Part shown: positions 47,264 through 56,924 of the stretch, piece by piece | How the letters are laid out: the number at the start of each line of letters is the position of its first letter | Numbering within the stretch: position 1 is the first letter of the stretch | Assembly (NCBI GenBank): GCA_041661795.1 | Contig: JBAZTS010000001.1 | Span: 39,459-103,458, forward strand | Length of the DNA: 64,000 nt | Reading direction: 5' to 3' | DNA from: Minisyncoccota bacterium | GTDB taxonomy: Bacteria; Patescibacteriota; Minisyncoccia; UBA6257; JAGOQP01 | The notes under the pieces: generated by a model | Seen by the model: only the letters and a program-made list of their open reading frames with translations | The model's database searches: none | What the model was told of the DNA's origin: nothing | Made by a program: the position numbers and the translations under genes

Positions 47264-48613
47264 ATGCCCATAGCTAAACTTCCTCCACAAGACACAGATT
47301 CGGAGAAATCAGTTTTAGGTTCTCTGATGATAGATAAAAATGCCATCACTAAAGTGGCCGATGTTTTGTCTTATAAAGATTTTTATTCCACCGCTCATCA
47401 AAAGATTTATCAGGCCGTTACCGATCTTTTTAATAAAAACGAACCGATAGATATTTTGAGCGTCACTAATGTTTTAAAAAATAAAAAACATTTGAATGAT
47501 ATCGGAGGATCTTCATATTTGGCCGACCTTATAAATACAGTTCCCTCTTCGGCCCATATCGCCCACTATGCCAAGATAATCAGAGAAAAAAGAATATTAA
47601 GAGATTTAGTCACTATATCGGCCGAAATCAGCGAATCGGTATTTGAAAAACAAGGAGCGGTAGAAAATTTGATAGACCAGATAGAACAGAAAATATTTTC
47701 CGTTTCAGTACAATCGGCCAATAAAAATTTTGTCCACGTCAAAGATGAGTTAAAAGCCGCTTACGAACGCATAGAAAAACTCCACCAAGGAGAAAAGGGC
47801 TTAAGAGGAGTAACCACTGGTTTTGACGATTTAGACAATTATCTTTCCGGATTTCAGGAATCGGATCTAATTATTTTGGGAGCCAGACCTTCTTTAGGAA
47901 AAACCACATTGGCTCTGGACATGGCAAGAGGCGCCGCTTCCAAAGGAGGTGTCTCGGTTGGAATATTCTCAATAGAAATGTCGAAGGATCAGATAGTTGA
48001 CCGTCTTATCGCTTCAGAAGCTCAAGTTCCGTTGTGGAAATTGAGAACCGGAAGATTGAGTACCGAAGAAGAATTTGAGCTCATACAAGGGGCCTTAGAC
48101 CGACTTTCTAAAATGTCAATCTACATAGACGACTCTCCTTCTCCCAATGTTATGCAGATACGCTCCATTGCCAGACGCCTTCAATCAGAGCATGGCTTAG
48201 GACTTCTAATTATTGACTATGTCCAGCTGATACAACCGCTCACCTCTTCTGATAATGTCGTGCAACAATTTACCGAAATCAGCCATCAATTAAAGGCCCT
48301 GGCTAAAGAATTAAATATTCCGGTTTTAGCCATTTCCCAGTTAAATAGATCGGTTGACCAAAGAGAAATAAAAGTCCCCCGACTTTCCGACCTTAGAGAA
48401 ACCGGGTCTTGGGAACAAGACGCTGATGTGGTTTTATTAATTTACAGAAAAGACAGAGACAGATTAGAACCTTCTTTGGAAGAAGACAATACGGCATCAA
48501 TTATTATCGCCAAACACAGAAACGGCCCAATAGGAACCGTTGATCTAAAGTTTGACCAAGAGAAAGTGACATTCAGAGCCATAGAGAAAAAAAGAACGGT
48601 GGAGGAATTCTAG
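47264..48613 (+). CDS. dnaB: replicative DNA helicase
   Basis: ARPSLGKT, IDYVQL, SQLNR, LSDLRETG and KHRNGP. Confidence 0.97.
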   Translation: MPIAKLPPQDTDSEKSVLGSLMIDKNAITKVADVLSYKDFYSTAHQKIYQAVTDLFNKNEPIDILSVTNVLKNKKHLNDIGGSSYLADLINTVPSSAHIAHYAKIIREKRILRDLVTISAEISESVFEKQGAVENLIDQIEQKIFSVSVQSANKNFVHVKDELKAAYERIEKLHQGEKGLRGVTTGFDDLDNYLSGFQESDLIILGARPSLGKTTLALDMARGAASKGGVSVGIFSIEMSKDQIVDRLIASEAQVPLWKLRTGRLSTEEEFELIQGALDRLSKMSIYIDDSPSPNVMQIRSIARRLQSEHGLGLLIIDYVQLIQPLTSSDNVVQQFTEISHQLKALAKELNIPVLAISQLNRSVDQREIKVPRLSDLRETGSWEQDADVVLLIYRKDRDRLEPSLEEDNTASIIIAKHRNGPIGTVDLKFDQEKVTFRAIEKKRTVEEF

Positions 48614-48616
48614 AAC

Positions 48617-48696
48617 TAGTAGATAGTATTTGGTAGTTAGTATTTAGTAAAAACTTCCGAATCCTATATACTATATACAATATACCAACTACTAAT
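48617..48696. repeat. inverted pair of degenerate heptamer tracts
   Basis: agtagat/agtattt/ggtagtt/agtattt followed by cctatat/actatat/acaatat/accaact. Confidence 0.65.
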
Positions 48697-48699
48697 TTC

Positions 48700-49299
48700 A
48701 TGTTGCCAGAAGAAATAAAAAAATTTATAGAGGTTTTTGAGAAACTTCCTTCTATAGGACCACGCCAAGCTACGCGACTGGCTTTTAAGATGGTTGGAGG
48801 AGGAGTGGCTCAACTGGAAGAAACCGCCAGAGCCATACTGGGCTTGAAGAAAATAAAAAACTGCCCGAGGTGTTTTTTTATTTATTCTGGGCAATCATTA
48901 ACCTGTGAAAGATGTTCTGATGTAAACAGAGTAAAGGATGTCTTTATGATAGTTGAAAAAGAAACCGATTTAATAACCATAGAAAGAACCAGAAAATACA
49001 ACGGAATGTACTTAGTGCTCGGAGAATTAACCAAGAGCGGCAATCTAGAAATTCATCAAAAATTAAGAATTGGACTTCTTAAAAAGATTATAGAAGAACT
49101 CCCAGATAAAAGAGCCAAGGAAATAATCATCGCTCTTAACCCAACCACTTACGGAGACCTAAATGCTTCTATTATTGAGAGAGATTTAAAAGATTATTCG
49201 CAAAAAATAAGCCGTTTAGGAAGAGGAATCCCAACCGGCGGAGAAATAGAGTTTGCGGACGAGGATACGTTGTCGCATTCGCTCCAACGCAGAGAATAA
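48700..49299 (+). CDS. recR: recombination protein RecR
   Basis: LPSIGPRQA.RLA HhH, C4 zinc finger, TOPRIM, RGIPTGGEIEFADE. Confidence 0.95.
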   Translation: MLPEEIKKFIEVFEKLPSIGPRQATRLAFKMVGGGVAQLEETARAILGLKKIKNCPRCFFIYSGQSLTCERCSDVNRVKDVFMIVEKETDLITIERTRKYNGMYLVLGELTKSGNLEIHQKLRIGLLKKIIEELPDKRAKEIIIALNPTTYGDLNASIIERDLKDYSQKISRLGRGIPTGGEIEFADEDTLSHSLQRRE

Positions 49300-49300
49300 A

Positions 49301-49612
49301 TTATTTTACTAAAGTAATCTTAACTTCGGTGAAATGCTGGCGGTGGCCCTTAGTTTTTCTTACTCTGGCTTTGGAATGATACTTAAAAACAATCACTTTT
49401 TTATCTCTGGCTTGTCTTATAATTTCTCCTTCAACTTTAGCTCCATCAACTACAGGTTTTCCCACTTTAACCTGGGAGTCGTCAAAAACGGCCAGAATGT
49501 TATCAAAGGAAACTTTGTCCCCTGCTTGGCCTTCAATTTTTTCAATTTTTAATTTGTCACCAGAAGAAACTATAAATTGCTTTCCACCGGTCTTTATAAC
49601 AGCAAAATTCAT
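49301..49612 (-). CDS. rplU: 50S ribosomal protein L21
   Basis: FAVIKTGGKQ and GHRQ; start set at MNFAV. Confidence 0.96.
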   Translation of the reverse strand: MNFAVIKTGGKQFIVSSGDKLKIEKIEGQAGDKVSFDNILAVFDDSQVKVGKPVVDGAKVEGEIIRQARDKKVIVFKYHSKARVRKTKGHRQHFTEVKITLVK

Positions 49613-49678
49613 TGAATCCAGAGTATCAAATAAAAAAGGAATTGTCAAAAATACCAGTTAATGTATAATTAAATTGAG

Positions 49679-50629
49679 ATGTTAAATAAAAATCAGAAAA
49701 AGTTTTTTATCATACTTTTTATTTTTGGCCTTGTGGCCCTGTTACCAACTTTAATAGTTTCAATTCTAAACATAGCCAATCAGAGAGAGATGATTAAATC
49801 ATCAATAGAGAATGAAGCGTTCAGATTAGCTAAAACCATGGCTTCTCAAGAACAAAAGAATCTTGATACAATCAAAAACGTTTTAATTAGCTTATCCAAA
49901 TATGCAGAGATTAGCGATAAAAACAACAACGATTGCAATAGATCAATGAAAACTCTCCTTGATTATTTTAATGAACCGTTTCCTCTTTATTTTAATTTAA
50001 CAGTGGCTAATATCAATGGAGATGTTATATGCTCAGCTCTGGATGCATCAGGAAATGTCAATCTTTCAGACAGGTATTATTTTAGGCAAACGATAGAAAC
50101 AGAAGATATGTCTTTCAGCGGATATTCAATAGGAAGAATAACAAAGAAACCGGCCTTACTCTTTTCTTATCCTATTAAAGACGAATCCGGCAGAATAAAT
50201 CTTGTCGCAGTCATTTCTATAAACATTGAAATGTTAAATAAGCAGGCAACAAATTTAAATTTATTAAATAACGACCCATCAATGACAATGACTTTATTGG
50301 ACGACAAAAATTATATAATTATAAGACAACCTGAAAATGAAGACCTCATAGGAACTATCTGGCCAGAAGGTAAGATAAGTAACTTTAAAGAAACTCAAGA
50401 AGGGGTCGGAGAAGGAGTGGATTTGGATGGAGTCAAAAGAATATTTGGATTTACCACTATACCTCAAGAGTCGGGACCAAGTCACTTCAATTTATTAGTA
50501 GGGCTGTCTCAAGACAAGATTAATAAGGAAATTATAGAAAACAAGAAAATAGACATTATTATATTTGTGGCTGGAATAATAATAGCCGTTCTATCATCCT
50601 GGTTAGTAGGGAAAAAATATTTTGAATAA
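49679..50629 (+). CDS. Cache-type sensor domain protein without an output domain
   Basis: TM-dCache-like (NLSDRYYF, IGRITKKP, DLDGVKR)-TM, then a stop 7 residues later. Confidence 0.75.
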   Translation: MLNKNQKKFFIILFIFGLVALLPTLIVSILNIANQREMIKSSIENEAFRLAKTMASQEQKNLDTIKNVLISLSKYAEISDKNNNDCNRSMKTLLDYFNEPFPLYFNLTVANINGDVICSALDASGNVNLSDRYYFRQTIETEDMSFSGYSIGRITKKPALLFSYPIKDESGRINLVAVISINIEMLNKQATNLNLLNNDPSMTMTLLDDKNYIIIRQPENEDLIGTIWPEGKISNFKETQEGVGEGVDLDGVKRIFGFTTIPQESGPSHFNLLVGLSQDKINKEIIENKKIDIIIFVAGIIIAVLSSWLVGKKYFE

Positions 50630-50630
50630 A

Positions 50631-50920
50631 CCCACACACCTAATGAACTTTTAATGACTGGCTTATTCTCTGCTTGAGCTGACTAAGTGCATTAGCTCTT
50701 AATTTGAGATTGTGTTCTCTGTGGCGAGCATCGCTTTCATCAGCATAAGCTTCATAATAAATCAACATAAATGGATGACGTGATTTTGTTGAAAAAACTT
50801 TTCCGGAATTATGTTCATTAAACCTTTTGACCAGATTATTTGTCGAACCAGTGTATAACTCGTCATCCTTTTTACTTTTTAAAATATAGACGTAATACAT
50901 AAGTCCATTAGGTGTGGGGG
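50631..50920 (-). mobile_element. 290-bp GIY-YIG mini-element with 20-bp TIRs and TAAA flanking duplication
   Basis: cccacacacctaatgaactt matches the reverse complement of 50901-50920 at 18/20; taaa at 50627-50630 and at 50921-50924. Confidence 0.7.
50640..50900 (-). CDS. stand-alone GIY-YIG nuclease
   Basis: YYVYIL..LYTGST..L..R..EHN.G and YYEA..A..RE..LK. Confidence 0.93.
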   Translation of the reverse strand: MYYVYILKSKKDDELYTGSTNNLVKRFNEHNSGKVFSTKSRHPFMLIYYEAYADESDARHREHNLKLRANALSQLKQRISQSLKVH

Positions 50921-50925
50921 TAAAC

Positions 50926-52644
50926 TTATTCTTCTATCTTCTCTATATCCGACTTAATTTTCTTTTCTGCCTGGTAAAGATATTTTTTGAATTTATTTAA
51001 GATAATCTCCTCTTCTTTTGTGAGCTCTCTTTTTGACTTAGTTTTTTCAAGAACCATAATTTGATCTCTTAAATCCTCTTTAAGTTCATCAAAAATCTTA
51101 TGAACGTCTTCTTCTGCCAATCTGATGCTTGATTTCATTCTTCTTCTAAAAGAATTTATTTTGTACCAGAAATACCAAAATATAATAACAATCAAAACAA
51201 TTGCTCCAATAATAGGAACTATAATATTCAATGTATTAATAGCCGATAATCCTAATTTAAAGACCTTAGGTTGTTCAATTAGTAAGTTAAATTTTTCGCT
51301 TGGCAGACTCTTTAAACCTGAGTCATCTATGGCTCTTACCCAAATTTTATAATTTCCAGGGTCAATCTTTTCTTCACTGACAAAAATAAAATTTCCGTTT
51401 TCATCGCTTCTGGTGTTATAAAATATAGGAATTTCATTAGCTCCTTTTTCAATCCAAAGAGTCAAGGTAAGATTAGGTTGAGACGTCCCTCTAACTATTA
51501 GAGGTTCTCCGGGAGACAACGTTTGAGGATAACTGGTTATTTTGGGAGCTTCTTGTGATTCAATACTAAATTCAGTTAAAGAAGTTTCATAATTACCAGC
51601 CCTGTCAAAGGCCTGAACCAGAACAGAATATTTTCCGCTTTCCTCTTGATCTAAGGTGTAGGGATTGCTTTTTACTTTATCGCTGGTAACGATAACAAAA
51701 TTTCCATTTCCAACCTTAACTTTATAATATTCAACCCCCGAAGAATTGTCAGTGGTATTAAAGAGCACAACCGGTTTTTTATTTTTAACAGCGTTTTCAT
51801 CTAAACGAACAATAAACTTATCAGGAGGAGTTGTGTCTATTTGAATCCTAAAATGTGAAACCGCTCCCCAGCCGTTTTTATTTCTAAATTGAACATGAAA
51901 ATACCAAACACCATCATCAAGATCTTTTATATCTTTTGAGCTAATAACAGGAATATAGCCAACGGTAGGAGTAGCGTTAGGAATCTTTCCGATTAAGGTC
52001 TTGACCTCTAAAACGTCACTAGGGACCTGCCAAGACAGAGAAACATCTCCGGATGAATACCATTTATTTGGATCAATGTGAGTAGAAGAAAATATTTGCG
52101 GAGCCACGGGAGTCCCAACAACTATAGATGGAGAGGTTGATTGAGAAATTGATTCTCCGGAAAGATTAAAATTTAGAGCAAGAGGTATTAGATTTTTCAG
52201 AACGTTAGTCCCGGTTCCATCATTGGCCAGAATAGAACCGGAAGAAAAATTAAAGTTAGCTGTTCCGGGGTTTTTTGATTTAAAGTTGATTGTTAATATT
52301 TTTCCTTTGGCTCCTATAAAACCGGGATTTAAAATAATTCCTTCAAAATCAACTTTTCCTGTTTGATTAGAAAAAGACGGTTCTTGAACCCAAAAACTTA
52401 TAAGCGACCCTGATTTTGATACCGAGCTAACATTAACTTTGTCATTGTCGAAAGAAACCGATCCGGAGACGGCGTTAACAGATTGATCAGGGCTGGCAAC
52501 ATAAACATCTACAGAAAATGAAGAATCAACTGAATAGTTAGATGAAGAAGATTGCAAAATTAAATCGGCCGCCAATGCTCCAGAAGTTCCTGCAACAAAA
52601 AAAATAAAAGTTAAGAATAAATTCTTCCAGCTATTTTTCATCAT
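50926..52644 (-). CDS. cohesin-like/Ig-domain surface protein with C-terminal TM and cytoplasmic coiled coil
   Basis: VNAVSG..., FWVQEP and ANDGTGT cohesin-like domain; Ig-like folds; TM. Confidence 0.8.
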   Translation of the reverse strand: MMKNSWKNLFLTFIFFVAGTSGALAADLILQSSSSNYSVDSSFSVDVYVASPDQSVNAVSGSVSFDNDKVNVSSVSKSGSLISFWVQEPSFSNQTGKVDFEGIILNPGFIGAKGKILTINFKSKNPGTANFNFSSGSILANDGTGTNVLKNLIPLALNFNLSGESISQSTSPSIVVGTPVAPQIFSSTHIDPNKWYSSGDVSLSWQVPSDVLEVKTLIGKIPNATPTVGYIPVISSKDIKDLDDGVWYFHVQFRNKNGWGAVSHFRIQIDTTPPDKFIVRLDENAVKNKKPVVLFNTTDNSSGVEYYKVKVGNGNFVIVTSDKVKSNPYTLDQEESGKYSVLVQAFDRAGNYETSLTEFSIESQEAPKITSYPQTLSPGEPLIVRGTSQPNLTLTLWIEKGANEIPIFYNTRSDENGNFIFVSEEKIDPGNYKIWVRAIDDSGLKSLPSEKFNLLIEQPKVFKLGLSAINTLNIIVPIIGAIVLIVIIFWYFWYKINSFRRRMKSSIRLAEEDVHKIFDELKEDLRDQIMVLEKTKSKRELTKEEEIILNKFKKYLYQAEKKIKSDIEKIEE

Positions 52645-53530
52645 TTTTATTTAAAATAAACTTTCTTGCCAAAATAATCGCCAAAACAAGTATCACTATA
52701 ATTATAAACCAAATAACATAATTTTGGTAATAAAATCCTCTGGGTAATGGTTTTACCAAAGCCAATCTTTCATTGCCTGATTTATCAACCGCCTTAATGT
52801 AGATAAAATTTGATAAACTCTGGTCTTTAGGGATATAAGGACTTTCTGTTTCTTGCCATTTGTCAGAGGGTATTTTCTCTGGATTATTTCTTGATTCAAA
52901 AACAAAGTATTTATCAATCCCCGACTGTTTATCCTGAGTATCAAAAACAATGAAGTATTTTCCATTTAAAAATCCATCCTGTTGTGATATAAGAGGATAA
53001 AATATTTCCGGAGGAGTGGAATCATCGTCTTCTAGTGTTTTAACAACTGAAGCGTCAAAAACTGAATCCAAGAAGAGATTTGAAAAAACTTCCAATTTAC
53101 TTCCGTCTCCGTCATTAGCCAAAAACTCTGCTTTATCTACATGAAAATTTATCAAACCGATTTCTTTAGGTATAAATGTAATTGATAATATCTCACCTCT
53201 TTTGCCACTAAATCCTCCGGGAATTATTCCGGAAAAAGTAAAATATCCCTGTTTATTTATGAAAGATGGCTTGTTAATCCAGAAATTAATTAGAGAGTTT
53301 CCTTCGTTTATTTCCTTTATAATTATTTTGTCTTCGGGATAATAAATTTTAATATCTATGGCATTGAACGGCTTTTGGCTGTCCACCACAAGAAAAACTC
53401 GGCTCTCTTGTCCGACATATACCTTATCGGTAGAAAAATAAAGATTTACATCCTGAGCCCTGGCCAGCTTAAAACCAAGCAACAAAAATAAAGATATAAA
53501 TAAGAGTAAAATTTTTATGTGGCCTTTCAT
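52631..53530 (-). CDS. cohesin-like surface protein
   Basis: NAIDI..YP, NFWINKP, GIIPGG and ANDGDG; D.QSGID.Y; C-terminal TM. Confidence 0.8.
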   Translation of the reverse strand: MKGHIKILLLFISLFLLLGFKLARAQDVNLYFSTDKVYVGQESRVFLVVDSQKPFNAIDIKIYYPEDKIIIKEINEGNSLINFWINKPSFINKQGYFTFSGIIPGGFSGKRGEILSITFIPKEIGLINFHVDKAEFLANDGDGSKLEVFSNLFLDSVFDASVVKTLEDDDSTPPEIFYPLISQQDGFLNGKYFIVFDTQDKQSGIDKYFVFESRNNPEKIPSDKWQETESPYIPKDQSLSNFIYIKAVDKSGNERLALVKPLPRGFYYQNYVIWFIIIVILVLAIILARKFILNKNDEK

Positions 53531-53554
53531 ATTATCTTTTGTGTTATGTGACTA

Positions 53555-54631
53555 TTACCCTGTCCAATAAAAAGCTAAAATACTAAAATCAACCAAACTT
53601 ACTTTACCATCTTTGTTTAAATCAATATTAGCCGGAGGAGAAGATCTCTTATACCAATAAGCGGCGACCGAAAAATCTATCAAATTAACTTTTCTATCGT
53701 TATTGATATCCCCTTTTGCCGGAGTTTTGGTTTGTAAAACCTGAGCTAAAATATTTTGGCTTCCTACTTTGAATCCAATGGATTTGCTGAATATACTTAT
53801 TTCATCCTCATTGGATGCTTTTGACCTAGTAGTATGGTCCCCTAAAGAAATAAAAGAGGTGTCTAATTTATAAAGATAGGCACCTTGATTATCAGCGTTA
53901 GTTTTAAAAAATAAATCTTCTTCAGAATTTACAGAAATTATTACCTCGCTTTGAGGAAATGTTTTTCCAAAAATTGTTAGATTGTCCCCTTTTTTAACCT
54001 CTGTTTTATCAACCCCAATAGTAGGAGAGACAAATATTCCACTAATTCTTGTTACTATTCCTGAAGTTACGCTGATGGGGAAAGTTAAAGATGAAGAGCG
54101 ATTGCCATTACTATCCTCTCCGTATATAGAAAAAATATAGTTTCCTCCAGAAATTCCAGATAAAGATACTTGGAAATTAGCATCGGCTCCGGCTAAGGTA
54201 GTGGCTGCCACTTGAGCGTCTTTAAGAAGAATTACCGTGCTGTTGGGATAGGCCTTTCCATAAAAAATAACTTCGGTTTGAACTGTTGGAGGAGGAGTAT
54301 ACGTGCCTCCTCCACTACCCCCACTACCCCCACTGCCTCCACTACCTCCACTACCTCCGCTTCCGCCACTTCCAGCAACACACGAGGTGGTTACAAAAGA
54401 ACAGGCAGGATTACAACTTAAAGACCCACCTCCAGCAAAACCCAAGGTGTAGCAACTTTGACTATTTAAGTCGGAACCATCGCAACTTTCCGAATTTTCT
54501 CTGATACCATTTCCACACCCAGGAACTATCGCAACTATATCAACATTTCCCGAAATAGATAAAACCGCTTGAGTAAAAAATACCGTCAAAACTATACAAA
54601 GTATCAAATAGGGTAAAAATAACTTTTTCAT
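53555..54631 (-). CDS. exported protein with Cys-rich module, (GGS)n linker and C-terminal dockerin-like domain
   Basis: CGNGIRE..E.CDG; duplicated GDINNDRKVNLIDFS / DLNKDGKVSLVDFS. Confidence 0.85.
   Translation of the reverse strand: MKKLFLPYLILCIVLTVFFTQAVLSISGNVDIVAIVPGCGNGIRENSESCDGSDLNSQSCYTLGFAGGGSLSCNPACSFVTTSCVAGSGGSGGSGGSGGSGGSGGSGGGTYTPPPTVQTEVIFYGKAYPNSTVILLKDAQVAATTLAGADANFQVSLSGISGGNYIFSIYGEDSNGNRSSSLTFPISVTSGIVTRISGIFVSPTIGVDKTEVKKGDNLTIFGKTFPQSEVIISVNSEEDLFFKTNADNQGAYLYKLDTSFISLGDHTTRSKASNEDEISIFSKSIGFKVGSQNILAQVLQTKTPAKGDINNDRKVNLIDFSVAAYWYKRSSPPANIDLNKDGKVSLVDFSILAFYWTG
54309..54372. repeat. 9-bp tandem repeat encoding a (GGS)n linker
   Basis: ccactaccc/ccactacct-type units. 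Confidence 0.8.
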
Positions 54632-54650
54632 CCATTTTATCTGTTTTGTG

Positions 54651-55655
54651 CTATGTGTTATGTGTTTTGTGTCTGGAAATAATCCAATGATTATATCTTT
54701 TCAGACCAAAAACAAGAATGAGAATAATGATTAAGACAATTAACAAAAGTTGCCAAGGAATTACAAAAAATAAAAATTTCTTTTGAACCGTCTGCTGATC
54801 TGATCCATAAATAAGATTTAATTGAGCTGTATATGGACCTAACGCAAAGTTGCTGACTTGATTTCCAACTGTTTCAAAAAAACCCAACTCTTCTTCATTA
54901 TTAGGCAATGAAGGATTAGTTGATTTTTCTTGATTCTTGGTTAGCCAGACGACGTCAAATTTTCTTATACTTTTTGGAAGAACATTTCCATCTCTTGAGT
55001 TGGCCTGTAATTTTACTACTTCTCCTCCAAAAACATTTTTTACAATTATTTCACCGTCCGGTTTGATTCTCACCGCTCCATCATTGGAAAAACGATAAGA
55101 AAAAATCATCGGAAAACCAGTGGTTACTTTTTTATTTTCCGCAAGAGAAAAGCTTAAAAGACCCCCGCCTTGTTCCGTTTCTCCAGAAACAGTTAGAAGA
55201 ACCAAAATCCCTAATTTTCCTCCGATTGATACCTGACCCCCATCTTGCGACTCCGGAGGTGAGGTTCCCCAAAAGATTGCGGCAAAGTATCCCCCTGGTT
55301 CCACATTTTGAGGGATATTAATGGAATAAGGAACAACCATCCTTTCTCCTGAATCAAGAATAATACTCGGCTGAGTGGTTATCCAAGTGGATAATCCGCT
55401 TTTTTCAGAAAGAAAATAAGGAGACCCTGATTCTCCTCTGGCTTCAAAATTGGCAAATGAAGAATATAGAGTTTTTGTCTCTTTCTCTTCGTTGAATAAC
55501 TCAAATTCTCCTGTAATAGCACTACCAGGATCACCTGAAAGTTCTAATTTTACAGGCGAAATAGTTAAGGCGTTAACAAAACCAACAGATCCCAATAAAC
55601 AGATAAAGGTTACAGCAATACGTATGTTGCGTGTGTATTTCATATTATTCGCCAA
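54651..55655 (-). CDS. DUF916-like (WxL-interacting/chaperone-type) membrane-anchored protein
   Basis: LTISP...DPG, IP..VEPGGYFAAI, F.N.G....P.G.I, VLP.S.R and F.VIPW + TM. Confidence 0.7.
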   Translation of the reverse strand: MANNMKYTRNIRIAVTFICLLGSVGFVNALTISPVKLELSGDPGSAITGEFELFNEEKETKTLYSSFANFEARGESGSPYFLSEKSGLSTWITTQPSIILDSGERMVVPYSINIPQNVEPGGYFAAIFWGTSPPESQDGGQVSIGGKLGILVLLTVSGETEQGGGLLSFSLAENKKVTTGFPMIFSYRFSNDGAVRIKPDGEIIVKNVFGGEVVKLQANSRDGNVLPKSIRKFDVVWLTKNQEKSTNPSLPNNEEELGFFETVGNQVSNFALGPYTAQLNLIYGSDQQTVQKKFLFFVIPWQLLLIVLIIILILVFGLKRYNHWIISRHKTHNT

Positions 55656-55682
55656 GATATCAAACGGTAAGCAAAAAGCAAG

Positions 55683-56807
55683 TTAGAAGTTAGCTGTAGC
55701 AGCGTAAGTTAATGTGGCAGAATAACTTCCAGCTTCAGTGTTAGGAGCAATGTTAGCCAAATAACGTAATGAGTAAGTTGTGTTGGCCGATGTTCCAGCA
55801 GAAGAAGCTAACTCATCAGGAAAAGCGGCTGTGTCAAAAGCAAATCCCGCAGCTAAATAAGGAGCGCTGACAGTTCCACTTCCACCAGAAGAGTTGGCTC
55901 TTAGACCAAACTGTTCTGTCCCAACAGCAGAAGCTGTGTTAGAAGGACCAATGGCATTAATTGAATATGTTGAAAATGTAAGAGTAGTTCCTGTGGCAGT
56001 CAAAGTATATCCATTAGCAGCATTGGTGCCAACAATAATATTATGAGATTCTACTTCCGATGCAGAACCAAGAGCATCACCTGTCGCATATCTTGCATTT
56101 GCCGAATCCAAAGTTCCAAAACCAATAGAGACATCAGAAATAGAAAAACTAATTGACTCGGTAACGGCAGCGGTAACAGAAACTTGGTCATCAGGAATAA
56201 TTTGAACAGCTACGTCTCCCGAGTCACCAATAACTCCAGCCACGGCAATTATGTAAGAAGCGGCTACAGTTATATCTGGATTTGTAATTTGTTGATCTCC
56301 AGTTGTTCCGGTTGATGCGTGAGTACCAATTTTTACTCTGACACAAGCGTTAGCGGCAATAGCAGCTACGCCAACTCCATCAGTTGGAGGGGTAAGAGTT
56401 ATTGTGTCTGTTCCGGTAACTACGCCGACTCCCCAATCAGAAGCTGTAGCAGTAGCTGCCAGAACTTCATCGTTGGTATAAGTTGGACTGGTACAGTTCG
56501 CTTGAGCTCCAGCGGAGTGAGCCAAGTCAAGATCGGTATAATCTAAAGAACCAGGAGTTGTAAAAGCAGTTCCCGCTCCTTTATCAAATTCAATTGTAAT
56601 AGTATCGGTTAATTCAGCCGCTCCAGTGGGAGTTCTAAAAACAATTGTGTGATTGGAAGCGGTATTGTCTTTAGACGAAGACATTGTGTCCGACTTGTTT
56701 AACAACGAAGCCGCATAAGCGACATTGATAAAACTTGAAAGACCGCCAAAACCCAAGAGAAAAGCTACTGCCAAAAACAAACTAACTAACTTGTATGACT
56801 TAAACAT
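55683..56807 (-). CDS. secreted surface subunit with WxL-like C-terminal domain
   Basis: Signal peptide, Thr/Ala-rich beta domains, ends AGSYSATLTYAATANF. Confidence 0.7.
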   Translation of the reverse strand: MFKSYKLVSLFLAVAFLLGFGGLSSFINVAYAASLLNKSDTMSSSKDNTASNHTIVFRTPTGAAELTDTITIEFDKGAGTAFTTPGSLDYTDLDLAHSAGAQANCTSPTYTNDEVLAATATASDWGVGVVTGTDTITLTPPTDGVGVAAIAANACVRVKIGTHASTGTTGDQQITNPDITVAASYIIAVAGVIGDSGDVAVQIIPDDQVSVTAAVTESISFSISDVSIGFGTLDSANARYATGDALGSASEVESHNIIVGTNAANGYTLTATGTTLTFSTYSINAIGPSNTASAVGTEQFGLRANSSGGSGTVSAPYLAAGFAFDTAAFPDELASSAGTSANTTYSLRYLANIAPNTEAGSYSATLTYAATANF

Positions 56808-56924
56808 ATTTTTTATTTTTTGAAACGACTATTATTTATTAATTTAAATACAAAAGAGATTTTTATCTCCAATGGTTATATTATATATCATTTAGCATAT
56901 TAAAACCATATAAGTTATCCACAG

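Noticed and set aside
56915-56923. DnaA box / oriC
   Set aside because: A single TTATCCACA with no cluster of boxes and no dnaA or dnaN nearby
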